From Nitrososphaerota archaeon (GTDB lineage Archaea > Thermoproteota > Nitrososphaeria_A > Caldarchaeales > Calditenuaceae): DNA of 64,000 bases. Location of the stretch: contig JAVQSZ010000005.1 in NCBI GenBank assembly GCA_033581555.1, forward strand, positions 1 to 64,000, written 5' to 3'. The position numbers were made by a program, and so were the translations under genes. Every line of letters starts with the position of its first letter. Within the stretch, counting starts at the first letter, position 1. The notes under the pieces were generated by a model, which saw nothing but the letters and a program-made list of their open reading frames with translations, searched no databases and had not been told where the DNA came from. Positions 56,119-64,000 of the stretch are shown here, piece by piece.

Positions 56119-56709
56119 ATGGGCAAGAGGAAGGGGAAGAAGAGGCCCGAGTCGAGGGCCAGGGAGCTGGTGATCGCGTTCGTCCCCGCAGCCCTCCTCG
56201 TCGGCCTCCTGGTCTACCTCGTCTCCCAGCCCGTGAGCCCAACCCTCATAACGCCCCAGAGGACTGCCCATCAGGGCGAGACCGCGCCCGACTTCACCGC
56301 GAGAGTCCTGACGCCCGACGGACTTACTGAGAGGAGCTTCTCGCTCTCAGAGTACAGGGGCTCGGTGATATTCCTGGACTTCGTCTTCAGCTGGTGCCCC
56401 CACTGCAAGAACATGGCGCCGAAGGTGAAGGCCCTCCACGAGGAGTTCTCAGCGAAGGGCGTGAGGTTCGTGACGGTCGCGGGGAGCTCCCGATCGTCGC
56501 CGGAGGACTCCGCGAAGTTCCTCAGGGACCACGGGATCTCCTGGACCGCGGTCTACGACGCCGAGATGAGTGTCTTCCAGAAGTTCGGTGTGAGGGGGAC
56601 GCCGACGTACGTCGTCATCGGCAGGGACGGCAGGATCATCACGAAGCTGGCGGGCGAGCAGCCCTATGAGGTCCTCAAGGGTTACCTCCAGGAGGCCCTC
56701 GGGGGTTAA
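56119..56709 (+). CDS. Membrane-anchored TlpA/ResA-like thioredoxin
   Basis: N-terminal TM, APDFT, SLSEYRG, WCPHC, VRGTPT. Confidence 0.92.
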   Translation: MGKRKGKKRPESRARELVIAFVPAALLVGLLVYLVSQPVSPTLITPQRTAHQGETAPDFTARVLTPDGLTERSFSLSEYRGSVIFLDFVFSWCPHCKNMAPKVKALHEEFSAKGVRFVTVAGSSRSSPEDSAKFLRDHGISWTAVYDAEMSVFQKFGVRGTPTYVVIGRDGRIITKLAGEQPYEVLKGYLQEALGG

Positions 56710-56710
56710 C

Positions 56711-57124
56711 GTGGACGTCAGAGCGGTCGCGGCCGCGGCTGCTTCCGCGGGAGGCGTGGCCGTCAGCACCTACCTCGCGACGCCCGAGCAGGTCGCCTCC
56801 AGCCCCCTCTGCGACGTCAACGCGGTACTCTCATGCACCTCAGTCCTCTCGAGCCAGTACGCTACCTTCATGGGGATTCCGGTCGCGCTGTACGGCGCTG
56901 CCTGGTTCGCGGTCTCGCTCGTAGCCTCGCTGTCGGCCTTTTCGAGGAGGAGGGCGGCGCTCTTCCTCTTCTGGTGGTCAGTGCTCGGGATGCTGGGCGT
57001 GGCGGTGCTGGTCTACGTCGAGGCGTTCATGATCGGGAGCTTCTGCCTCTACTGCACTCTGGCTCACGTGCTGGCGGCCGTCGTCTTCGCAAACGCCTAC
57101 CTGATCCGGTCGGAGTCCTCCTAG
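56711..57124 (+). CDS. Vitamin K epoxide reductase (VKOR) family protein
   Basis: CDVNAVLSCTSVLSSQYA..GIPVA, CLYCT.AH. Confidence 0.93.
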   Translation: MDVRAVAAAAASAGGVAVSTYLATPEQVASSPLCDVNAVLSCTSVLSSQYATFMGIPVALYGAAWFAVSLVASLSAFSRRRAALFLFWWSVLGMLGVAVLVYVEAFMIGSFCLYCTLAHVLAAVVFANAYLIRSESS

Positions 57125-57141
57125 GGTCACCGCGCGGCCGC

Positions 57142-57837
57142 TCACCTGCGCCTCTCCTCGGAGACGATCTGACCGTCCCTTATCCTGAGGACCCTCCCGA
57201 CGTACTCGGTGACCTCCGGGTTGTGCGTCACGATCACCAGAGTCCTCCCCTGCTCGTTGAGCTGCCTGAAGATCTCGAGGACCTGCTTGCCCGTGGCCGA
57301 GTCGAGGTTCCCGGTGGGCTCATCGGCCAGCAGTAGCGACGGGTCGTTCGCGAGGGCCCTCGCGATGCTGACCCTCTGCTGTTCGCCCCCGCTCAGCTCG
57401 ACCGCCCTGTGGTGGATCCTGTGCCCCAGCCCCACCATCTCGAGCAGCTTGGCAGCCCTCTCCCTCCTCTCGCCGGGAGGCACCTTGTCGACGAAGGTCA
57501 TCGCGAGCAACACGTTGTCGAGCGCGGTCAGCCTCGGCAGCAGGTTGTAGCTCTGGAAGACGAAGCCTATCTCCATCCCCCTTATCCTCGAGAGCTCGTC
57601 GTCGTTCAGCCTCGAGACGTCCGTGCCCCTGAAGAGGAGCTTCCCCGAGCTCGGCCTGTCGAGAAGGCCCATCAGGTTGAGAAGCGTGCTCTTCCCGGAC
57701 CCGCTCGGGCCCATGATCGCGAGGGACTCGCCCTGCCTCACGGTCAGGCTCACCCCCCTCAAAGCGTGCACCTTCAATCGCCGCTCGTCGTAGACCTTAT
57801 GGACGTCGACCATCCTGACGACGGAGCTATCCTCCAC
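57142..57837 (-). CDS. ABC ATP-binding protein, MacB/LolD-like
   Basis: GPSGSGKS, IGFVFQSYNL, LSGGEQQR, ADEPTGNLD. Confidence 0.94.
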   Translation of the reverse strand: MEDSSVVRMVDVHKVYDERRLKVHALRGVSLTVRQGESLAIMGPSGSGKSTLLNLMGLLDRPSSGKLLFRGTDVSRLNDDELSRIRGMEIGFVFQSYNLLPRLTALDNVLLAMTFVDKVPPGERRERAAKLLEMVGLGHRIHHRAVELSGGEQQRVSIARALANDPSLLLADEPTGNLDSATGKQVLEIFRQLNEQGRTLVIVTHNPEVTEYVGRVLRIRDGQIVSEERRR

Positions 57838-59815
57838 CGCGCCTCCGCAACCTCCTCGCTACCGCGATCGATATCAGTACGGACAAAGCGAGGGCGGCGA
57901 TCGCGAGCAGCGTCTGACCCGAGGGCTGCTCCGACCTGACTGGGGCGGGAGTGGTCGCGGTCTGGACCGCGGCCGCGGGCATAGGCACCTTCACCTCGAC
58001 GAGCTGCTCTAGGACCTCCCGGTCCCCGAACCGGTCCTCGTAGACCACCCTGATCGCTATCTGTCCGGCCCTGAAGCCGCCCCTCAGTTGCAGGTCGACC
58101 GAGAAGGACTTCTTCTCGCCCGGCGCCACGTCGCCCATGAAGACGCTGCTGGAGCCCGTCACGTCCCTTCCGGCGGCCTCAACCCAGACGTTCCTCACCC
58201 CCACGTTGCCCTCGTTGAGGAGCTCTCCGGCCACCACGACGCTGTCCCCCTCGCCGAGGCCCGGGATCGACTCGACGTTGAGCACCCGCAACCTGACGAC
58301 GCCTTTCACCAGCAGCCCTATCTCCCTAGACTCGGAGAGCCTCCTCCCTCGCGAGTCGTCGTAGGAGATCGTCAGCGCGACCCTGTACACGCCCTCCTGC
58401 GCGGTCGGAGACGCGGCGATCCTGAAGGCGAGCGTCGCTGCCTCTCCCGGCTTCAGGCTCCCCACCCTCTGCCTGTCCGAGCCCCCCATCACCGCGAGCG
58501 GCGGTGAAGACGCGAGCGAGACGACGACGTTTCCGACGGGCTCCTCGGAGACGTTCCTGAGGACGAGCCTGAGGTCGCCGGTGGTGCCGATCCTCAAGTC
58601 TGAGCTGGCCACCGAGACCTGGAAGACCAGCTCCTCAGGCCTCGCCACGACCAGCCCGACCGACTCGGTCCTCACCCTCTTGACGCCGGTCCTGTCGTAG
58701 TACTCCGCGGTCAGCGTGAGGGCGTAGGCGCCGGGAGAGGCCCCAGGCGAGACGTAGACCTCGAGGGCGTCCCGCACCTCGACCACCTCACCGAGCTTGA
58801 CCGCGTCAATCCAAACGGCAGAGGGCCTTAGCACGACGATCGGGGAGCCAGGCTGCGCGGCGAAGGTGAGGAGGAGCTGGGAGACCTCCTCGGTCCCGTC
58901 GTTCGCGACCCTGACCTTCAGGACGTTCCTAGTTCCCGCGACGAGCTCCCTCGGGAGGACCTCGAAGGAGAGCCTGACGGTCCCCCTCAGTTGCACGTCG
59001 AAAGCGTAGACGTAGGTCCTCTTGGTCCCCCACTCGAAGGAGTAGCTGAGGCTGAGCTCGACCCTCGCGGACTTCGCCGACGTTTTGGAAACTAGGTCGA
59101 AGGTTAGCGTTATCAGGGTGCCGGTCAACCTACCCACCGCGGACTTGGCTACCCTGGACCCCGCGGGCGTCTCAAGGCCCCCGGGCAGCCTGAGCTCTCC
59201 TACCACGTCCGAGATCGCCATAGGCTCCGGCAGCCTCAACGAGACGACGAGCCTGCCCGCCGCACCGGCCTCAGGCGGAAGTCCCCCAGACCACGACGCG
59301 TCGACGAGCTCCGGCTTCCCGGGCTCATCGATTAGCCTAACCCTCACCCGCTCGAGGGACCGGCCCGTCGCGAACTCGCCGCGCGCGTCGACGTACTGGT
59401 AACCGAGCCAGACGTAGAGCTCGTAGTCTCCCGGTGCCGCCCGCTTGTCCACGTCCAGCTCGAAGGTTAAATACGTGATCTCGCCAGCCCTCACGGGGAC
59501 GCTGCTGTACGCGAAGGCTCCCGATTCCCCGCCGGACGGGCGGAGGGGCGACCGGTCGAGCACGAGCTCCCCCACGAGCGAGATCAGCGTCTCCCTTCTC
59601 GCGTTGATGACCGCGACAGTGAGGGGCATCGACCTGTCCCCGGGTCCTGCATCGACTTTGGCCCCGGGCCTCCCCCAGTAGGCGTCTAGGACCGAGACCT
59701 CGTTCGAGGGAGGGAGACGCTCAGCGACAGCAGTCAGGCTCAGGAGGGTCGACGGGGAGAACAGGAGCGCGAGGACGAGCGCGACCGGGACCGCGGACCT
59801 CAAGGGCCTGCTCAC
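57827..59815 (-). CDS. COG1361-like S-layer-domain protein with tandem Ig/CARDB-like domains
   Basis: Signal peptide; repeated ..PG.Y.L.L...Y.D..G units; C-terminal TM plus RRLRRR; start uncertain (GTG 59815). Confidence 0.78.
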   Translation of the reverse strand: MSRPLRSAVPVALVLALLFSPSTLLSLTAVAERLPPSNEVSVLDAYWGRPGAKVDAGPGDRSMPLTVAVINARRETLISLVGELVLDRSPLRPSGGESGAFAYSSVPVRAGEITYLTFELDVDKRAAPGDYELYVWLGYQYVDARGEFATGRSLERVRVRLIDEPGKPELVDASWSGGLPPEAGAAGRLVVSLRLPEPMAISDVVGELRLPGGLETPAGSRVAKSAVGRLTGTLITLTFDLVSKTSAKSARVELSLSYSFEWGTKRTYVYAFDVQLRGTVRLSFEVLPRELVAGTRNVLKVRVANDGTEEVSQLLLTFAAQPGSPIVVLRPSAVWIDAVKLGEVVEVRDALEVYVSPGASPGAYALTLTAEYYDRTGVKRVRTESVGLVVARPEELVFQVSVASSDLRIGTTGDLRLVLRNVSEEPVGNVVVSLASSPPLAVMGGSDRQRVGSLKPGEAATLAFRIAASPTAQEGVYRVALTISYDDSRGRRLSESREIGLLVKGVVRLRVLNVESIPGLGEGDSVVVAGELLNEGNVGVRNVWVEAAGRDVTGSSSVFMGDVAPGEKKSFSVDLQLRGGFRAGQIAIRVVYEDRFGDREVLEQLVEVKVPMPAAAVQTATTPAPVRSEQPSGQTLLAIAALALSVLISIAVARRLRRRGGG

Positions 59816-59826
59816 CCTCCTGTGCC

Positions 59827-60573
59827 TCACACGGATGCGTCCCACTCCTCGACGAAGACGACCTTCGTCACGCCCTTCAGGTGCTCCAGTATCTCCCTCG
59901 CGAGGGCCCTCTTCGCCAACTGGATCCCCGAAATCAGGTAGACCTCTTTCGGGAACCTCACGACGACCTTCCCGTCCTCGAGGCTGACCTGCGTGTTCCC
60001 CTTGTTCACCTCAGGGATCCGGGAGTGGAGCAGCGCATAGACCTTCTCGAGGTCTTCGGAGATGATCCTCCTCACCTTCAGGTCGCAGACCAGCGTCTTC
60101 CCGGCGAGGTGGTGGTTGAAGTCGACCTGGACCCTCCCCGAGGATATGCTCCTCACGACGCACTCCTTCCCGTCGATGATCAGCCTGGTCCCGACCGTGA
60201 TCGGCTGGTCCACGTCCCTCAGCCTCCTCAGCGGTATCACCTTGACCTTGTTCGGGTCCCTCTGCCCGAAGGCCCTCTCCGGCGGTATCTCGAAGGTCTT
60301 CGACTCGTCCTCGCGCATCCCCAGCATCTCCTCCTCGATCGCCCTGAGGAGCATGCCCCTCCCGACGACCGTCAGCCTCGGCTCGAAGGCGCCTGCTCCG
60401 GACTCGATCCCCGCCTCCTTCGCGACCTCCTCCAGCGTGGTGTCGACCAGCTCCCCCGTCTCCTTCACCCTGAGCGTGTAGTCGACCTCGACGAAGCTCC
60501 CCTGCTCGACGACCTTGCCCGTCGCGCCCGCCTGCGCCTCCGCCATCACCAGAGCAGAGGCCTCTGCGTCCAT
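59827..60573 (-). CDS. slyD: FKBP-type peptidyl-prolyl isomerase (long SlyD-like)
   Basis: VEVDYT...GELVDTT, IPPERAFGQRDP, RVQVDFNHHLAGKTL. Confidence 0.93.
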   Translation of the reverse strand: MDAEASALVMAEAQAGATGKVVEQGSFVEVDYTLRVKETGELVDTTLEEVAKEAGIESGAGAFEPRLTVVGRGMLLRAIEEEMLGMREDESKTFEIPPERAFGQRDPNKVKVIPLRRLRDVDQPITVGTRLIIDGKECVVRSISSGRVQVDFNHHLAGKTLVCDLKVRRIISEDLEKVYALLHSRIPEVNKGNTQVSLEDGKVVVRFPKEVYLISGIQLAKRALAREILEHLKGVTKVVFVEEWDASV

Positions 60574-60692
60574 AAAAATCCGAGGAGCAGATCGCTGAGC
60601 GCCGTCCTCCTCACGGTCGCGGAGCGACTAGGGATCCTGCTCAGGGCCCGGAGAGACAGTTATTACCGGAGGAGAACCGTTCGGTCCGTGAC

Positions 60693-61001
60693 ATGAAGGA
60701 GACTGTCGAGGTCGTGAAGAGGGTCGAGGAGGAGCTCGACGGCCTCGAGTCGCGGGTCGAGGAGTTCGCGAGGCAGCTCGAGGAGCGGGCCGCGAGGCAG
60801 CTCGAGGAGCTGAGGGGAAAGGTGAGGGAGCTGGTCGAGTCTGAGAGGAGGAGGCGTGCGGCGGACCTGGAGGAGCAGCTCAGGGCCTACTCGGCCGAGG
60901 CGGGCGCGAAGTACGCGAAGAGGGTCGAGGAGCTCAGAAGGAGGTTCTCGGAGAGGAGGGAGGAGATAACTCAGGCTCTCGTGAAGGCGATCCTCGGCTG
61001 A
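60693..61001 (+). CDS. Probable A/V-type ATPase subunit H(G), peripheral stalk
   Basis: About 100 aa E/R/A-rich coiled coil ending LVKAILG; directly before subunit C. Confidence 0.65.
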   Translation: MKETVEVVKRVEEELDGLESRVEEFARQLEERAARQLEELRGKVRELVESERRRRAADLEEQLRAYSAEAGAKYAKRVEELRRRFSERREEITQALVKAILG

Positions 61002-61007
61002 TCGGGG

Positions 61008-62048
61008 ATGGACTCGAGGTTCGTCTACGTCCTCGCCTTTGCGACCAGGGGCAAGCTGCTGGAGAGGAGGGCGCTGGAGGACCTCGCCGACTCGAGGACC
61101 CTCGAGGACTTGGTCACCGCGCTCAGGGCCACTCACTACTCGGAGGCGGTCTCGGAGCTCCCGCTGCCAGTCACCGCCAGGAGGGTCGAGCTGGCGCTCA
61201 GGAGGTACCTCTACCGCTACCACCACTCGCTCGTCAAGTACACATCATGGAACCCCGCGCTGGTCGCCCTCTTCGAGAGGTACGTCGTCAGGGAGCTCAA
61301 GGCCGCGGTCAGGGGCATCGCGTCAGGTAAGACGGTCGACGAGGTGACGAGGGAGGTAGACCTCACGCCCGCCGAGCTCCTGGGCGTCAGAGACGTGATC
61401 GCGAGGGCCGTGGCTTCCAGGTCCGCGACCGAGCTCAGGCAGGCCCTCAGGGGGACGAAGTACGAGGCACCGGTCGGCTCCGCGCTCGACTACTTCGAGA
61501 GGACGGGGGACCCAGCCGCGATAGACGTCGAGTTTGACAAGTCGATCGCCGGGTCCCTCTCGTCATCGATCCGCGCCCTCAGGTGGCCCGACAGGAGGTG
61601 GGTCAGGTGGATGCTCGAGCGCTACATCAACTCGTTCGTCGTCGAGGCGGTCCTCAGGGCGAAGGCCTGGAGGCTCGAGCCGGGGGAGGTCAGGAGGGCG
61701 ATCGAGGGCCTCGAGCACGGGATACCGCGCCCCGTGATGGAGGTCCTGCTGGAGAGCTTAGAGGCCGAGGCGATCTCGAGGGCCCTTCAGCTCGTCGAGG
61801 GGAGGAGCTTGCCGCGGCTGACCGAGAGGCTGAGCCTAACCGCGATGGCCTCCCAGCTGAGGGAGAGGGCGTGGAGGGACCTGGTCTCCAGGGCCAAGAG
61901 GACGTTCTTGGTCACCGACTCGCACCTTGCCCTCGCAGTGGCCTCGGTCTTCCTCCTCGAGGACGAGGTCGCTAGGGTCACGTCGATAGCGACCGGTATC
62001 GAGATGGGCCTCAGGAAGGAGGAGATACTCGAGGTCGCCCTCTTCTGA
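61008..62048 (+). CDS. atpC: A/V-type ATPase subunit C (Vo d-like)
   Basis: RGKLL...LEDL...TLEDLV.AL..T.Y, ELKAAVRG, LRGTKY, E.EV..V..IA.G. Confidence 0.8.
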   Translation: MDSRFVYVLAFATRGKLLERRALEDLADSRTLEDLVTALRATHYSEAVSELPLPVTARRVELALRRYLYRYHHSLVKYTSWNPALVALFERYVVRELKAAVRGIASGKTVDEVTREVDLTPAELLGVRDVIARAVASRSATELRQALRGTKYEAPVGSALDYFERTGDPAAIDVEFDKSIAGSLSSSIRALRWPDRRWVRWMLERYINSFVVEAVLRAKAWRLEPGEVRRAIEGLEHGIPRPVMEVLLESLEAEAISRALQLVEGRSLPRLTERLSLTAMASQLRERAWRDLVSRAKRTFLVTDSHLALAVASVFLLEDEVARVTSIATGIEMGLRKEEILEVALF

Positions 62049-62143
62049 GGTCAGCTAAGGGGGAGGCTCGCGAGAGCGTCCGTGACGATCAGATCCTGAG
62101 AAGGAAAAAGGGAGCTCGAGACTGGAGAGTCAGGCGGAGAGCC

Positions 62144-64000
62144 TCACCTCGCGGCGGACTTGATCGCCCTGAGGACCTTCTCCGGCGTCAGCGGCATGTC
62201 GACGTGCTTGACCCCGAGGTGCGCCAACGCGTCGAGGACCGCGTTCACTACTGCCGGCGTGGAGGCTATCGTCCCCGCCTCTCCGATCCCCTTCACCCCT
62301 AGCGGGTTGTGCGGCGAGGGCGTGACCGTCGAGTCCGTCACGATGTCCGGGATCTCCACGGCGGTCGGGACCAAGTAGTCGTTCAGCGTGGAGGTGAGGA
62401 GGTTGCCAGACGCGTCGTAGACCGCCTCCTCGTAGAGCGCTTGCGCGAGCCCCTGCGCGATGCCCCCGTGGATCTGACCCTCGACGATCATCGGGTTGAT
62501 CTGGTTGCCGCAGTCGTCGACAGCGACGTACTTCAACAGCTCGACCCGGCCGCTCTCCGGGTCCACCTCGACGACGCAGACGTGCGTCCCGAACGGGAAG
62601 GTGAAGTTCTGCGGGTCGTAGAAGACCGTCGCCTCGAGGCCGGGCTCCATCCCGCTGGGGATCTCGTTGGCTCCGGCTCCGTAGGCTGCGAGCGCGACCT
62701 CCTGTATCGTCTTGGACCTCTCCGGCGCCTCCCTGACGTAGAACTTCCCCGCCTCGAAGACCAGGTCCTCCTCCCTCACCTCGAGCATGTGGGCCGCTAT
62801 CCTCCTCGCCTTCTCCAATACCCTGTCGCACGCCAACGCGATCGCTCCTCCCGCGACCGGAGTCGTCCTGCTCCCGTAGGTCCCCATCCCGAAAGGCACC
62901 TGATCGGTGTCGCCGTGGATCACCTCGACGTCCTCGAACGGCACGCCGAGCTTGTCCGCGACGATCTGGGCGAATGTCGTCTCCTCGCCCTGGCCGTGCG
63001 GGTGACCTCCAGTGAAGACCGAGACCTTCCCGCTCGGGTGGACCCTAACGACCGCGCTCTCCCAGAGGCCGAGCCCGAACCCCAGCGACCTCACCGCGGC
63101 CGACGGACCCATCCCGCAGATCTCGACGTAACTCGAGATCCCGACCCCGATCAGCCTGCCCCTCTCCCTCGCCCTCCTCTGCTCCTCCCTCCACTTCCGG
63201 TACTCCGCGAGCTCCAGCGCCCTCCTGAAGGCCCTCTCGTAGTCGCCGCTGTCGTAGACGAGGGCTATCGGGGTCTGGTAAGGGAACCTGTCCTTCGGTA
63301 TGAAGTTCCTCGCCCTGACATCCGCGGGGTCCATTCCGAGTTCCCTCGCGACGAGGTCCATTACCCGCTCGAGGATGTAGGTCGCCTCAGGCCTGCCCGC
63401 GCCCCTGTAGGCGTCGACCGGGGCCGTGTTGGTCAACGCCCCTACGACCTCGACCGATATACCCTTGATCGCGTACGGGCCCGAGAGCATCGGTCCGAAG
63501 AGGATCGTCGGGATGCCGGGGGCAGCGGTGGAGATGTAAGCACCGAGGTTCGCGTAGGACTTCACCTTCAGGCCCAGGACCTTTCCGTCCTTCGTCGCCG
63601 CGGCCTCGACGTACTGGACGTGGTCCCTGCCGTGGATCGTGGAGGTGAAGTTCTCCTCCCTGGACTCGACCCACTTGACCGGGAGCTCCAGCCTCTTCGC
63701 GAGGTGCAGGACCACGGCCTCAGGGCCGTAGCAGTGGATCTTCGACCCGAAGCCTCCTCCGACGTCGTAGGAGACGACCCTCAGCTTATGTTCGGGTATC
63801 CCGGTGATCACCGAGAGGAGGAACCTGTGGACGTGCGGGTTCTGCGATGTCAAGTAGACAGTCGACCTGTCCGAGAACCTGTCGTAGACCGCGAGCGCGG
63901 CCCTCGTCTCCAGCGCGGTGGGCTGGAGCCTCGAGTTCACCATCCTCTGCTTCACCACGACGTCCGCCTGCGAGAACGCGCCCTCGACGTCGCCTCCCGA
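62144..64000 (-). CDS. Xanthine dehydrogenase-family molybdopterin subunit (CoxL form II/CutA-like), 5' part outside window
   Basis: DVGGGFGSK, AYRGAGRPEA, HGQGEET, GTYGSR, VEGQIHGG, KGIGEAG; frame is open to the window edge. Confidence 0.93.
   Translation of the reverse strand, partial: SGGDVEGAFSQADVVVKQRMVNSRLQPTALETRAALAVYDRFSDRSTVYLTSQNPHVHRFLLSVITGIPEHKLRVVSYDVGGGFGSKIHCYGPEAVVLHLAKRLELPVKWVESREENFTSTIHGRDHVQYVEAAATKDGKVLGLKVKSYANLGAYISTAAPGIPTILFGPMLSGPYAIKGISVEVVGALTNTAPVDAYRGAGRPEATYILERVMDLVARELGMDPADVRARNFIPKDRFPYQTPIALVYDSGDYERAFRRALELAEYRKWREEQRRARERGRLIGVGISSYVEICGMGPSAAVRSLGFGLGLWESAVVRVHPSGKVSVFTGGHPHGQGEETTFAQIVADKLGVPFEDVEVIHGDTDQVPFGMGTYGSRTTPVAGGAIALACDRVLEKARRIAAHMLEVREEDLVFEAGKFYVREAPERSKTIQEVALAAYGAGANEIPSGMEPGLEATVFYDPQNFTFPFGTHVCVVEVDPESGRVELLKYVAVDDCGNQINPMIVEGQIHGGIAQGLAQALYEEAVYDASGNLLTSTLNDYLVPTAVEIPDIVTDSTVTPSPHNPLGVKGIGEAGTIASTPAVVNAVLDALAHLGVKHVDMPLTPEKVLRAIKSAAR

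Overview
A GC-rich archaeal chromosomal segment. The 16S rRNA, aIF2-gamma, Rpo3-L18e-L13 block, CdvB/ESCRT-III, intron-containing tRNA, Thaumarchaeota-style HisG and NAD-kinase-HTH point to a thermophilic TACK lineage, plausibly Caldarchaeales/'Aigarchaeota' (inference). Content is mostly housekeeping and heterotrophic uptake: two Liv-type ABC systems, an Opp/Dpp system, an ECF transporter, MFS, Amt-GlnK, CoA transferases, an amidase, SufB, CoxD/CoxE, a form-II CoxL-like molybdoprotein, a protoglobin, two A/V-ATPase subunits, an unlinked 16S gene, tRNA-Tyr(GTA, intron) and tRNA-His(GTG). I saw no CRISPR array or intact mobile element. Most notable observations: (1) an operon at 1-2889 with at least three small secreted beta-rich paralogues, a dedicated SipW-type signal peptidase and a membrane-anchored repeat protein, a candidate new extracellular fibre/biofilm system; (2) a 16S rRNA with substitutions at near-universal decoding-centre positions (compensatory G1405:C1496 to A:U, plus C1400U); (3) an OSTC/DC2-like protein; (4) a TAT-exported SagB-type flavoprotein coupled to a putative di-heme membrane protein; (5) an NAD-kinase-wHTH fusion with a degenerate catalytic motif. 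All family calls come from motif recognition by eye; no searches were run.
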